NCBI GenBank assembly: GCA_035532215.1
Contig: DATKRK010000278.1
Location: 2,563 to 66,562, forward strand
DNA: 64,000 nt
Source of the DNA: Pirellulales bacterium
GTDB taxonomy: Bacteria; Planctomycetota; Planctomycetia; Pirellulales; JAICIG01
Reading direction: 5' to 3'
In this document: positions 1 through 9,620 of the stretch, piece after piece
How the letters are laid out: each line of letters opens with the position of its first letter
How positions within the stretch are numbered: position 1 is the stretch's first letter
Notes under the pieces: generated by a model
What the model was told of the DNA's origin: nothing
Database searches by the model: none
What the model saw: the letters and a program-made list of their open reading frames with translations, nothing else
Program-made: the position numbers and the translations under genes

Positions 1-626
1 ATGGCCCCGAGTTTGCGCGCGAAGTCCTGCGCTTCGGCGTCGGCCGGACGCGTGAAGGCGAACACCTCGCGCCGCTGGGCGGTCGCCACCTGGATCAGGA
101 TATGCGCGGCCGCGCCGAAGCCGTAAAAGCCCAGCTTCTGCGCATCACCCGTCATTGCGAACGAGCGATAGCCGATCAACCCCGCGCACAACAGCGGCGC
201 TGCATGCTCGTCGCTCAGGCCTGCCGGAATCGGGAAGCAGCACCGCCGGTCGGCCGCCAGGTACTCGGCGTAACCGCCGTCAAGCCCGTAGCCGGTAAAG
301 CGGGCCCGGTCGCAAAGATTCTCTTGCCCCCGTCGACAGTACGGGCACTCGCCGCAAGTCCAACCGAGCCACGGCACGCCCAGGCGATCGCCCAGCGCAA
401 CATCCGTCACGCCTGCTCCCAGCGCCTCGACAACGCCGACGACTTCGTGTCCCGGAATGAGCGGCAGCTTCGGCCGCGGCAGTTCGCCGTCGACGACGTG
501 CAGGTCGGTGCGGCACACTCCGCACGCCTTCACTCGCAGCAGCACTTGCCCTGCGGCGGGCTGCGGCGTTTCGACTTCGACGACTCGCAGCGGGCGGCCG
601 GGCGATTCGAGCAGCATCGCTTTCAT
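1..626 (-). CDS. Zn-dependent alcohol dehydrogenase (MDR family), N-terminal ~208 aa; C-terminus lies outside the window
   Basis: Not in the ORF track because it is open at the window edge. Reverse translation from ATG 626..624 gives MKAMLLESPGRPLRVVEVETPQPAAGQVLLRVKACGVCRTDLH... then GDRLGVPWLGWTCGECPYCRRGQENLC. These are the catalytic-Zn (CGVCxTDLH) and structural-Zn Cys cluster signatures. Confidence 0.85.
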   Translation of the reverse strand, partial: MKAMLLESPGRPLRVVEVETPQPAAGQVLLRVKACGVCRTDLHVVDGELPRPKLPLIPGHEVVGVVEALGAGVTDVALGDRLGVPWLGWTCGECPYCRRGQENLCDRARFTGYGLDGGYAEYLAADRRCCFPIPAGLSDEHAAPLLCAGLIGYRSFAMTGDAQKLGFYGFGAAAHILIQVATAQRREVFAFTRPADAEAQDFARKLGA

Positions 627-677
627 AGCGAATATTCTATCGCGCCCGCGCTTTGAGGCGAGGCTTTGTCGCCTGGG

Positions 678-1865
678 CTAAGCGATCTTTCCTCGCGTCC
701 CGGCAAGGGATGGCCTAGGAAGGCCGCCCCACGCCGAGCCTTGAGTCGATCGGCTGAAAACGCGGGCGACGGCGAAGCTCAAGAGCATCGATGCTAACAG
801 AGGATTGAGCCAGAAATTGTGTCCGCGCGTCAGTTCATAGCTGCCGGCGATTGCGAAAGCAACCAGCACCGCCGCCCAGCGAACCAACGGCCGCCGGCCC
901 CGGTAGCTCCAAGCGGCCCAGGCCGCTAGCGCCGGGGCCAGCACGACGTAGCCGTTATTCTCCGCGCGGGGATTGAACAGCGTGAGATAGCACGCCAAAA
1001 AGGTCAGCACCAGCGCGCTCGCCGTGCGTCGCGGCTTGCGTCGGACCGCAACGTAGCAAAGGATCAACAAAGCGATGCCGGCCGCCGCGCGAATGGCAGT
1101 CTGGGCGACGGCAGAAGCATCGAACCCGGCGAACGACAACAACCCGAACAGATCGCTGGCCGGATTGCCGCTGCCGGGGTTGGCCGCCAACAGCAGTTTC
1201 TCGTAACAGCGCACGTGCTGCCATGCGACGAAAGCCGGCGCCTGCGTCGCAAAAGGCGCCGCGACGACCAGCAACAGGCCCGCGGCGAGCGGCTTGAAAA
1301 CCGGCCGATAACCAACCACGGCCGCGGCGATCGGAATCGCCATCAGCGGCTTCATGGCCAGGCCCAACGACAACCAGAACGCGGCCCATTTCCAGCGGCG
1401 CTCGGCCAGCGACGCCACGGCCAAGGCCATGAAGCCAGCCAGCACAAGATTCATCTGGCCGTTGCGCGCGCTGGCTAGAGCGGGCGGAATGGCGGCCACG
1501 GTCATCCAGCGAAACGCCATGCCGCGATCGGCCGGCGGGGCAATCTTCGTGAAACGCTGTACGGCCAACGCCAGGCCGCCAATGCCGACGACGCGCCACA
1601 GCACGTCGCCGAACGGCAGATAGGCGAACGGCGCAAAGAGAATGGCGGCGTGGGGGAAATAAAGAAAGCCGTGCGGTCCATCGCCGTAAATGTCTTCGCC
1701 GGCAAACCAGCGGAAGCAGGCGTCGCGATAATTCGGCGTGACGGTATGCCCTTCGGGCCAGACGGCCACGAACGTGGCGATCGCCGCGGTCAGAACGGTC
1801 CATGTAACCCAGGGATGCAAGAGCGTCGACCGCAATCGACGCCAACCAACCTCGTCGTCTTTCAT
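678..1865 (-). CDS. Polytopic membrane protein, DUF2029 / GT87-like glycosyltransferase family
   Basis: 395-aa ORF with about 10 hydrophobic segments and a layout resembling DUF2029-type mannosyltransferases. The family call is by resemblance only. Confidence 0.55.
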   Translation of the reverse strand: MKDDEVGWRRLRSTLLHPWVTWTVLTAAIATFVAVWPEGHTVTPNYRDACFRWFAGEDIYGDGPHGFLYFPHAAILFAPFAYLPFGDVLWRVVGIGGLALAVQRFTKIAPPADRGMAFRWMTVAAIPPALASARNGQMNLVLAGFMALAVASLAERRWKWAAFWLSLGLAMKPLMAIPIAAAVVGYRPVFKPLAAGLLLVVAAPFATQAPAFVAWQHVRCYEKLLLAANPGSGNPASDLFGLLSFAGFDASAVAQTAIRAAAGIALLILCYVAVRRKPRRTASALVLTFLACYLTLFNPRAENNGYVVLAPALAAWAAWSYRGRRPLVRWAAVLVAFAIAGSYELTRGHNFWLNPLLASMLLSFAVARVFSRSTQGSAWGGLPRPSLAGTRGKIA

Positions 1866-1998
1866 GGGTGCGCCTCCCGGTGCGCAAGCCCCTCCTCCTT
1901 GAACGCCGCCGAAGGCTTCCTAAGTCCGTTCTTCGTAGTCTTCCTTGGCGGCGACCCTATCTCGCGCCCCCAGTTGATAACGGGAATGCCCGCCGCGA

Positions 1999-2808
1999 TC
2001 AAGGCGATTCTTCCTTACGCCCTTCCCATCGCGGCGATCGTTTGGCGAGAAACGCCGACATGCCCTCTTGGGCGTCGCGGCAAACGGCGTTGTCGATCAT
2101 CGTTTCGGTTGCCAGCGGATAGGCCTCGCTCTCGGCCAGCGCCAACTGCTGGTAGAACGCGGCCTTGCCGAGCCGCGTCACTAAGGAACTGGCCTCGATG
2201 ATCGCCGCGACGAATTCATTGACAGCGTCGTCCAACTCGTCAGCACGGGCGACTCGGTTGACGAGCCCGAGTTCATAGGCCCTGGCCGCCGAAATCGGCT
2301 GGCCGGTGAGCAGCATCTCCATGGCAGCCTTGGCCGGAATCGCCCGCACCAAGGGCGTCATCGGCGTCGTGCAGAACAAGCCGATTTTGACGCCCGGCGT
2401 GGCGAATGCGGCTTCGGCGGCGGCGACTACCAGATCACAGCTTGCCGCCAATTGGCAGCCCGCCGCGGTGGCCAGCCCTTGCACGCGGGCGATCACCGGC
2501 TGCGGCAAGCGGCGGATTTGCTGCATCACGGCCGCACATCTTTCGAAGATCGCGCGGTATTCGGCTTCCGACCGGCCGGTCATTTCGGTCAGATCGTGAC
2601 CCGAGCAAAACACCGGCCCGTTGGCCGCCAGCACCACGACGCGGGCCTCTGAATCGGCGGCGATTTCTTCCAACGCGGCGCCAAGCTGCGAGAGCAACGA
2701 CTGGCTCAAAGCGTGGCGCTTCGCCGGCCGGTTCAACGTCAGGCGAACCACGCCGCCGGCGGACTCGTGTAATAACTCGTGATCCGGTTCTGAGGCCGCG
2801 AAGGTCAT
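1999..2808 (-). CDS. Enoyl-CoA hydratase/isomerase (crotonase) family
   Basis: Starts at internal ATG ([13 protein letters not shown]...) of the 519-aa track ORF. Motifs [17 protein letters not shown] and [11 protein letters not shown] are typical crotonase oxyanion-hole regions. Confidence 0.85.
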   Translation of the reverse strand: MTFAASEPDHELLHESAGGVVRLTLNRPAKRHALSQSLLSQLGAALEEIAADSEARVVVLAANGPVFCSGHDLTEMTGRSEAEYRAIFERCAAVMQQIRRLPQPVIARVQGLATAAGCQLAASCDLVVAAAEAAFATPGVKIGLFCTTPMTPLVRAIPAKAAMEMLLTGQPISAARAYELGLVNRVARADELDDAVNEFVAAIIEASSLVTRLGKAAFYQQLALAESEAYPLATETMIDNAVCRDAQEGMSAFLAKRSPRWEGRKEESP

Positions 2809-3530
2809 GGCGTCGACTCCCCATATTGCAATTTCGGCGGCAGCAGCAACCCGAGCACGCCGCCGAGGATCAGTCCGGCGCAATGCGCCGCGTTGGCCAC
2901 CTGCGGATTCAGGAAGCCGGTTCCCACCTGGCACAACGACCATACCAGGAGCACCCAGGCGATGCGCGCATCGCGGAGATAGAACTTGTCGCGATAGCGG
3001 TATAGGAAGGCGATCACGGCGCCAATCAGGCCGAAGATCGCTCCCGAGGCGCCGACCGTCGGAACCGGCTGAAACCAGACGCTGACCGCCGACGCCACGG
3101 CGCCCGTCAGGAAAAACGACATCAAGGTTCTGCCGGCGCCGAAGGCCTGTTGGCTGGCCATGCCGATGATATACAACGCGACGCAATTGCCGATCAGATG
3201 GTTGGCGTCGGCGTGCAGAAACAGGCAAGTGACCAGCCGCCAAACTTCGCCGCGCTGCAATTCGGGCAGATTGATCGCCCCGGCCGCCAGCAGGGCCTGC
3301 ACGTTGTCCAAGGCGCCGCTGAGTTCTTCCCAGACGAACGTCGCCACGAGCGCGCAAAGAAGCGCGATCGTCGTTCGCGGGAAAGGAGACATGCCCCGTT
3401 CGAAGTCGCGTCTCGGCTCGGCCTTCGCAGAGACGAGCATTTCCGCGGAGATCACCAGCGCTGCTTCTTCCGCGGGCGCCGCCGGCGCGGCGTCTGCGTC
3501 TGCCTGCGGAGGGTTCGGGTACACGCTCAT
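2805..3530 (-). CDS. Rhomboid family intramembrane serine protease
   Basis: [12 protein letters not shown] and [12 protein letters not shown] (GxSG catalytic Ser) plus a distal [10 protein letters not shown] His. ATG at 3530 is preceded by GAGGG. An upstream GTG at 3554 is an alternative start. The stop overlaps the next start by 4 nt (ATGA). Confidence 0.85.
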   Translation of the reverse strand: MSVYPNPPQADADAAPAAPAEEAALVISAEMLVSAKAEPRRDFERGMSPFPRTTIALLCALVATFVWEELSGALDNVQALLAAGAINLPELQRGEVWRLVTCLFLHADANHLIGNCVALYIIGMASQQAFGAGRTLMSFFLTGAVASAVSVWFQPVPTVGASGAIFGLIGAVIAFLYRYRDKFYLRDARIAWVLLVWSLCQVGTGFLNPQVANAAHCAGLILGGVLGLLLPPKLQYGESTP

Positions 3531-3591
3531 TGTAAGTCCCTCGCCAGATGGCACGCAAATGTCTTCGAGCGGAGCCGCCGCGGAGGCTTGG

Positions 3592-4485
3592 TTATCGGCG
3601 CTCGCCCGTATCGAGCATCACTCCCAGCGCCAAGGCGATGCGGCGATCGAGCGTGCGTTGGGGATCGGCCCTGAGATCGAGCGCATAGCGGTCGAGAATC
3701 GTGAACTTTCGATTGAATTCGCCGATGACCCGGTCGCTGTCGCCGTCGCCGTCGAAGATCAGAAAGTTCGCCCGCAGCACGCCGAGCAACGGACCAATCC
3801 ACCGCCGCAAGAGCGAGAGCAAGAGCGAATCTTCGCGGGCGACGCAGATCATCGCCCCATCGGGTCCGATGCAATCCCAGCGTTTGCGAAAGAAGTTGTA
3901 CAGGTAATTCTTGTGCAACACTCCCAGCCTTTCGCCGGCCGCGTCGCGGATTGTATAGGTCGCCTTGATGAGCCAGAACTTGTGGTCCTGCAACACGTCC
4001 AGAAGTCGTTCGGTTTTCGATTCGTCCCGGTAGAACGTGACGTGCCGCTTCGGCGAAAGCCACACGATGACAGCCAACAAACCGCAGAGTCCGACCGCGG
4101 CCGCAAGCGTGGCGCCCGCGACGGCCAGCGCGGGCGAAACTTTGGCCAATGCGACGCCCGCCAGCACCACGCTGAGGACAAGAATCACTCCCCCGAAAAC
4201 GGCCGCCAGCGCTACGAGAATGGTTCTCAGCAAATGCGTCGGCCGCTCGACGAACATGATTGCGTTTCCCTCTTCGTCCCAGACGTGGTATTTCTGGTTG
4301 ATCGCCAGATGCTGCTGGCGGAGCAGGAATTGATCGCGGTCGAAGGCCGGATCGGCCTGGGCGCGCCGTTCGATTGCCGCGGCTCGAATCTCCGCGCCGC
4401 AACTCGGACATTTAACGAGCCGTCCGGCGAATTCTTGTTTCAACTTATACGACTCGCCGCACGTGCAACTCACGACAAGCGACAC
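3592..4485 (-). CDS. Zinc-ribbon protein with scramblase / LURP-one-like (tubby-fold) body and an inserted TM hairpin
   Basis: N-terminal CxC...CPSC ribbon (SCTCGESYKL...KCPSCG). Scramblase-like strands follow (YHVWDEEGNAIMFVERP, YTIRDAAGERLGVL, FLIFDGDGDSDRVIGEFNRKFTILDRYALDL), interrupted by about 60 hydrophobic residues. Confidence 0.5.
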   Translation of the reverse strand: MSLVVSCTCGESYKLKQEFAGRLVKCPSCGAEIRAAAIERRAQADPAFDRDQFLLRQQHLAINQKYHVWDEEGNAIMFVERPTHLLRTILVALAAVFGGVILVLSVVLAGVALAKVSPALAVAGATLAAAVGLCGLLAVIVWLSPKRHVTFYRDESKTERLLDVLQDHKFWLIKATYTIRDAAGERLGVLHKNYLYNFFRKRWDCIGPDGAMICVAREDSLLLSLLRRWIGPLLGVLRANFLIFDGDGDSDRVIGEFNRKFTILDRYALDLRADPQRTLDRRIALALGVMLDTGERR

Positions 4486-4574
4486 GTTTCACCCCCGGAG
4501 AAAAGTTGGCGGGTAAGCGCGCCATGAACAAAGCGCCGCTCAACAGGGTTATTGTAGCCCTGCACCGCCGCGGA

Positions 4575-5963
4575 TCAAACTTCCACTCGCTTCCAGCCGC
4601 CGTGCGCGAAGCGCGAGACGACCAGCAGGCAGCGGACGTAGATATCGGCGGCCATGGCGTACCAGGCGCCGGCGACGCCCCAGTCGAGCGATTGCGTCAG
4701 CCAATAGGCCAAGGGAATCCGCACCGCCAGCATGCCAACCAGGCTGAAGGCCAGCGGCCAGCGCGTGTCGCCGGCGCCGCGCAACGCGCCAGAGAGCACC
4801 ATGTGGACGGCCAGGGCGGGCAAGGCCACGGCGACGATCCGCAGCAACTCCGCGGCTCGCTCGGCCACCGCCGCTTGCTGGGCGGAAAGGAAGATCCAGG
4901 CCAACGGCTGCGAGGCGGTGAAGAACAGCAACCCGACGGCGCTCATCAGCGCGCCGCCCGCCAAGCAGGCGACCAACACGCTGTGCAGGGCCTGCCGTTG
5001 GTTTTTCGCGCCCAAGTGTTGGCCCGCGAGCGTGGTGGCGGCCACCTGAAACGCCGTGCCGGGCAGGTAGGCCAGCGACTCGATGCTGATCGCCACGCCG
5101 TGCGCCGCGGCAGCCAGCGAGCCGAGATCGTTGACGATCCGCTTGAACCAGAACTGACAGGCGACGATCGTCATCACGTCGGCGCCGGCCGGCACGCCAA
5201 TCCGCAATAGCCGCCGGGCTAATTCAAGGTCCGGTCGCAATAGGCGCCATCGCAGCCGCAAACCGTGACGCCCCATGACCAGTCGGGCGCCCATCGTCAA
5301 TCCGCCGACCGAATAGCCGGCCGCAGTGCCGATCGCCACGCCGTCCCAGCCCAACTCGGGCAGCGGCCCCCAGCCGCAAACCAGGCCCCAGCTTGCCAGC
5401 ACGTTGACGACGTTCATGGCAATCATTGCCACGAAGCCCGACACCGTATCGCCTGCGCCGCGCAGGCAGGCGTTGCCGACGGAGAGCACCATCATCAGCG
5501 GCAAGGCGGGCAGCAGGAATCGCAGGTAACGCACGGCCAGGGCCGACGCATCGGCGGGCAGGCCCATGGCGGCCACGAGCGGTTCGGTGAAGACCAGCCC
5601 GACGAGCGTCATGCAAACGGACAACGTGCAACCCGCCAAAAAAGCCTGGTTCGTCACGCGGCAAGCCTTTCGCACGTCGCCCGCCCCCATGAAGCGGGCC
5701 ACCAGCGCCGTGGCCCCGCTGTCGACGGCCACGAACAAGTTCGTTAACAGCCACATCACGTAGGCCATCTGGCTCATCGCCGCCAGGTGCGTTTCTTCCA
5801 GCCGCCGCCCGGTGAGGATGGTGTCGGAAAGCTGCACCATCATCAACAAGATTTGCTCGCCCAACACTGGGGCGGCCAGGCGCAGCATCGGCCGTAGCGT
5901 CGAAGCCAAGCCGGGCGCGTCTTCCAGCGAGTCGCGCGGATCGGCTTGGCGGCGACGCAGCAT
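4575..5963 (-). CDS. MATE family efflux transporter
   Basis: 462 aa with 12 predicted TM segments. N-terminal LRLAAPVLGEQILLMMVQLSDTILTGR is typical of MATE/NorM proteins. Confidence 0.85.
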   Translation of the reverse strand: MLRRRQADPRDSLEDAPGLASTLRPMLRLAAPVLGEQILLMMVQLSDTILTGRRLEETHLAAMSQMAYVMWLLTNLFVAVDSGATALVARFMGAGDVRKACRVTNQAFLAGCTLSVCMTLVGLVFTEPLVAAMGLPADASALAVRYLRFLLPALPLMMVLSVGNACLRGAGDTVSGFVAMIAMNVVNVLASWGLVCGWGPLPELGWDGVAIGTAAGYSVGGLTMGARLVMGRHGLRLRWRLLRPDLELARRLLRIGVPAGADVMTIVACQFWFKRIVNDLGSLAAAAHGVAISIESLAYLPGTAFQVAATTLAGQHLGAKNQRQALHSVLVACLAGGALMSAVGLLFFTASQPLAWIFLSAQQAAVAERAAELLRIVAVALPALAVHMVLSGALRGAGDTRWPLAFSLVGMLAVRIPLAYWLTQSLDWGVAGAWYAMAADIYVRCLLVVSRFAHGGWKRVEV

Positions 5964-5973
5964 GGCGTTTGGA

Positions 5974-7143
5974 TCAGGCCGACAGGCGTTGTTCGCGCCG
6001 CGGGTTGGGCTCGAAGACTTGCGAGAAGCGGCCGTCGGCGCTGGGCCTGAGCGTTCGCACGGCGCCGCGGTCGTCGGTCACGCGCAAATCGCCGCCGCAG
6101 ACCTCGATGCGCTCGTCGCCGAGTCCTTCAAGCACGACGCCCAAAGGCGCCCGCAACACCGAGTCGAATTCGACCAGCATCCGCCGGTGAACGACGAACA
6201 CGCTACGGCCGATTTGCATCCGGTCGTTCGCCGAGGGAAACGGCGGCGGGGCGAAGTGCGTTTCGCCGTCCTCGCCGTCGTGCGGAGACAATAACTCCGA
6301 CTCGCCGGTTGAATAGTCGTGCCGCAGGTTCGCCGTCGCGTCGCCGTCGGCGTGGTCGACGGTCGAGAGCGTGAAGCCGCGGCGATCGAAATCGACCAGC
6401 CGGCTATGATTGCGGCCGTCGCGCGTGACTTCGCCCGTCACGCCAACGTGGACGAAGGTGCATTGGTTCACGCGCGAGACGGAATTCGGATAGTGCTGGC
6501 CGAGGTGATTGTGGGCCGAGAACCAAAGCTTGATCTGCGGATGATCTTCGACCAGCTTGATGAAGCGGCCGGGCCGATCGGTGTGGTTCATCCAGGCGTT
6601 CGGGCACTTCAGGTGAATGCTCTGCAACACGCGCAGGCCCGAGCCGAGGATCGGGGCGTGCGAAAACACGAACGTCGGCCGGGTGCGGTTCTGGGCCAAG
6701 GTGGTCCGCAGCCAAGCGATCTGCAACTCGTCGAGATACACTTCGTGGCAGCAGCCGGTGTTGGCGCGAAACCGCGTCGACGACAGACAAATGGCCAACG
6801 CATCGCCAAGATCGACTGCGTGATAGGGCCGCTCCTGGCCGAAGGCCTCGCACCAGGCGCCCACGGCCTGGGCATCGGAATGGTAATCGGGCCCTTCGAG
6901 ATCGTGATTGCCCATCAGCGTGTGAAACGGGCGGTCGAAACCGGAGAGGAATTCAAGCCCTTCCATGAACGACCGCCACGTGCCGCAGTGGCTGTATCCG
7001 CCTTGGTCTCCGAGTTGAAACACGATGTCGGGCCGCTGGGCCACAAGTTGCTCGCGGGCGGCCCGGTAACGGGCTTCTTGCGGAGTTTCGTAGTGTAAAT
7101 CGCCCAGCACGGCCAAGCGTTGGCCGGAGTCCTCTCTTACCAT
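5974..7143 (-). CDS. Calcineurin-like metallophosphoesterase
   Basis: Metal-ligand blocks LAVLGDLHYE, QLGDQGGY, GNHDLEG, FVFSHAP and SAHNH. Confidence 0.8.
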   Translation of the reverse strand: MVREDSGQRLAVLGDLHYETPQEARYRAAREQLVAQRPDIVFQLGDQGGYSHCGTWRSFMEGLEFLSGFDRPFHTLMGNHDLEGPDYHSDAQAVGAWCEAFGQERPYHAVDLGDALAICLSSTRFRANTGCCHEVYLDELQIAWLRTTLAQNRTRPTFVFSHAPILGSGLRVLQSIHLKCPNAWMNHTDRPGRFIKLVEDHPQIKLWFSAHNHLGQHYPNSVSRVNQCTFVHVGVTGEVTRDGRNHSRLVDFDRRGFTLSTVDHADGDATANLRHDYSTGESELLSPHDGEDGETHFAPPPFPSANDRMQIGRSVFVVHRRMLVEFDSVLRAPLGVVLEGLGDERIEVCGGDLRVTDDRGAVRTLRPSADGRFSQVFEPNPRREQRLSA

Positions 7144-7389
7144 TCGATTTCCTTCTTGCTACAACCCATCTCTTTTTTTCGTGTATTTCCTCGATTTTAG
7201 GCCGAAGCAGGCATCCTGGGGAAGGTCGAAACTGCAAGGCTTTGATGAGAAAACCGCGAAAATTCGGCCTTGCTTTGGGAATCCTATGTCATGGCGGACG
7301 ACCTCGCCCCGTTCCAGGGTCGTCTAACTCGTCGAATTCCAGGCGTTCAGCAGCTACACTGACCGCCGTATCCCTGCGCCAAGCCGTAG

Positions 7390-7746
7390 GGTGCGGCGCA
7401 GCCGCACGCGAGCCGACGAATAACGCTTTCGAAAGGAATTGAACCGATGACGCGCTTTGCTTGGGCGGTGCACCAGGCGTTGCCCGAGACGCAAATCGCG
7501 TTCATCTCGATCAAGCCATGCCCCAAGCGCTGGGCGCTCGTCGATCGCGTCCGCCGGGCCAACTCGTCGATCGCCGAATTCATCGCCGGCGACAAGCGGC
7601 TGCACTTCGTCGACGTGTTTCCGCCGACGCTGGGCGCCGACGGCAAACCTCGCCCAGAACTGTTTCGCGAAGACGGGTTGCACCTGACCGCCGCAGGCTA
7701 CAAGCTCTGGGCCTCGGCCGTACGGGCGACGCTTGGCGAGAAGTGA
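7390..7746 (+). pseudogene. C-terminal fragment of an SGNH/GDSL hydrolase; N-terminal half with the nucleophile Ser is absent
   Basis: The open frame begins right after TAG 7387..7389. The ORF 7447..7746 encodes only ...LPETQIAFISIKPCPKRW...FREDGLHLTAAGYKLWA, which is block V (DxxH). No GDS block occurs in any frame of the 300 bp upstream. Confidence 0.5.
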
Positions 7747-7774
7747 GCGTTTTGGGGCGGGCGAATTTGGCGAT

Positions 7775-8545
7775 TTACGTCTCGTTGGCGAGTCTTTCAA
7801 CCGCCGGCCGTTCGTCCTTGAGCGCCACCCCGCTGATCTTCCGCCGCAGGGCTTCGCCGAGTAGGTAGTGAATGGTGGCGGCTGCGGCGGCGGGCGGCAG
7901 GCCTGCGGGGCGAATATTCGAAACGCAATTCCGCTCGGCGTCGGTGCGGCCGGGCCGCGGATCGAAAACCAGGTAGGCGCCCAGGCTGTCGGGCGAACTG
8001 AGGCCCGGCCGCTCGCCGAGCAGAATCACGGCCGCTTGGGCGCCGAGCACCTGGCCGATCTCGTCTTCAATGGCGACGCGGCCGTGCGAGACGACCGTCA
8101 CCGGCGCTAGGCGCCAGCCGTCGCGCCGGGCCAAGGACATCAAGGCGGCGAGCACGCCGATCGCATGACGCTCGACGGCCAGCGCCGACAACCCGTCGGA
8201 AACGATGATCGCCACGTCCGGCGGTTCGGCGCCGCGGGTCAGCAGTCTGCGGCTTTCGTCGGCCAGGCGGCGTCCCAAATCGGGCCGCGCCAAAAAAGTC
8301 TTGCGGTCGACGGCCTCGCTATGCGCGACGACCGTGGGCAGGCCGAGCCGGGCAATCTGCGCAGCCAGCGACGCCGGATCGAACGGCTCTTGCACCGCGT
8401 CGCGCGCTTGTGCGTGCGAGCGTTGAAAGTCGAGCTGTTCGTGCGTTGGCAGGCTGCCGCCGGCGCGGCCCAAAGCGATGCGGGCCGGCGTCAGTTCCCT
8501 CAGGCGGCGCCAGGGATCAGGCTTTGCGAGCAGTTCGTCGCTCAT
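7775..8545 (-). CDS. eutC: Ethanolamine ammonia-lyase light (small) subunit
   Basis: [72 protein letters not shown] and [11 protein letters not shown] match EutC along its length. ATG at 8545 is preferred over the upstream TTG at 8575. Confidence 0.8.
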   Translation of the reverse strand: MSDELLAKPDPWRRLRELTPARIALGRAGGSLPTHEQLDFQRSHAQARDAVQEPFDPASLAAQIARLGLPTVVAHSEAVDRKTFLARPDLGRRLADESRRLLTRGAEPPDVAIIVSDGLSALAVERHAIGVLAALMSLARRDGWRLAPVTVVSHGRVAIEDEIGQVLGAQAAVILLGERPGLSSPDSLGAYLVFDPRPGRTDAERNCVSNIRPAGLPPAAAAATIHYLLGEALRRKISGVALKDERPAVERLANET

Positions 8546-8783
8546 CGGGGACCGGCCTAATAAACTGCTTTTCAACGAGGGTGCTGCGCTGTATGCTGCA
8601 ACTGGACTTATAGCAGCAGCGTTTCTTTTTCTTCTGGTGGCTGCTCTATGGCGAGTAGCTTTCTGCGCGCGAGTTTAACGTCTCGCCGCCGCCTTTGCGA
8701 CGGCTGGGGCATTTCTTTGATCGCGACCTGTCCGGGCGATCCCTGCTCTTCTTCCCTTCCCCCGTCGTGTAGCGGAGGCTGAA

Positions 8784-9119
8784 ATGTCGGAGTTTCACGG
8801 TAATTTGCTCATTGGCGGAATGACGCTCAAAAATCTATCCGGAACGCTCGACGAGGATACTCTCGCCGAAAACGCCCGCTGGCACGGCGAGTTTTCCATC
8901 GACCCGCAGCAATCTCGGCTGCTCGAGTCGGGGCGGCCCTACCGGTTGGAACTCGAAGACGGCCGAGCCGGAAAAATCGTCATCCTGCGAGTCGACCGTG
9001 TCGCCGGGCGGCAGACGATGCAGGCCGTGTTTGATGGTTTAACGGCGATCGAGGACGGGCGCCGTTGGGAAACTCGCGAGCCAGCGGCGCGCGAGGAAGC
9101 CGCGCCGGCCTTTGATTGA
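8784..9119 (+). CDS. Hypothetical protein (111 aa)
   Basis: ORF with balanced composition and GGAGG 8 nt upstream of the ATG. No family recognised. Confidence 0.5.
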   Translation: MSEFHGNLLIGGMTLKNLSGTLDEDTLAENARWHGEFSIDPQQSRLLESGRPYRLELEDGRAGKIVILRVDRVAGRQTMQAVFDGLTAIEDGRRWETREPAAREEAAPAFD

Positions 9120-9180
9120 AACGGGCAAGTCGCCGTGCATTTGTAATTCTCATGTTGTTTCTTTCTGCCGTTGAGTCGCC

Positions 9181-9504
9181 ATGAGCGCCGGACGCCTGAT
9201 CGCCAGCCATCGCTTCGAGCCCGATCGCCTCGACGAGGCGCTCGAGTTCCTGAAGCGCATTCGCAGCGAATTGCGGATGGTCCGCAAGGTTCGAGTCTTC
9301 CCCGACCGGGTGCAAGTCCTGGACGTCAACGGCGACTGGTTCGAGGTCCAAGGCGTCGGCTACCCGGATGCCGCAGTGGTCGAAATCCTTTCGGCCGTGA
9401 ACGCCGCCTTCAAGCGCGACAGCATCCACAAGCCCATCGCCGACGAATACAAGGAGTTCAACGCCGGCCGGCGTTATGCCTGGGCGGCCGACCGCGTAAT
9501 GTGA
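9181..9504 (+). CDS. Hypothetical protein (107 aa)
   Basis: ORF with normal amino-acid composition, 61 bp after the previous gene. No family recognised. Confidence 0.5.
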   Translation: MSAGRLIASHRFEPDRLDEALEFLKRIRSELRMVRKVRVFPDRVQVLDVNGDWFEVQGVGYPDAAVVEILSAVNAAFKRDSIHKPIADEYKEFNAGRRYAWAADRVM

Positions 9505-9520
9505 AAGGAAAGAATTAAAA

Positions 9521-9614
9521 GTCACCGCTCCCTTTGGGAGAGGGTTAGGGTGATGGCGAGAACTTCCGCACGAACGGCCCTCACCCCGGCCCTCTCCCAG
9601 AGGGAGAGGGAAAA
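9521..9614. repeat. Two inverted copies of a ~33-nt unit (CTCCCTTTGGGAGAGGGTTAGGGTGA type), each with its own hairpin; bidirectional terminator-like
   Basis: Unit 1 at 9522..9556 and unit 2 at 9576..9612 are reverse complements with a few mismatches. Unit 2 contains CCCTCTCCC-AGA-GGGAGAGGG. The structure lies between convergent genes. Confidence 0.6.
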
Positions 9615-9620
9615 TACGTT

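Noticed and set aside
102-656. Plus-strand ORFs at the window start (102..656 and 457..681).
   Set aside because: They are antisense to a clear Zn-dependent alcohol dehydrogenase (CGVCRTDLH, GHE, CGECPYC motifs on the minus strand), and their translations are Arg/Ala-rich.
1999-3558. Track ORF of 519 aa that appears to be one large protein.
   Set aside because: Only the C-terminal 269 aa (from ATG 2808) match the crotonase family. The upstream part is Arg-rich and overlaps, in another frame, a clear rhomboid protease gene (2805..3530).
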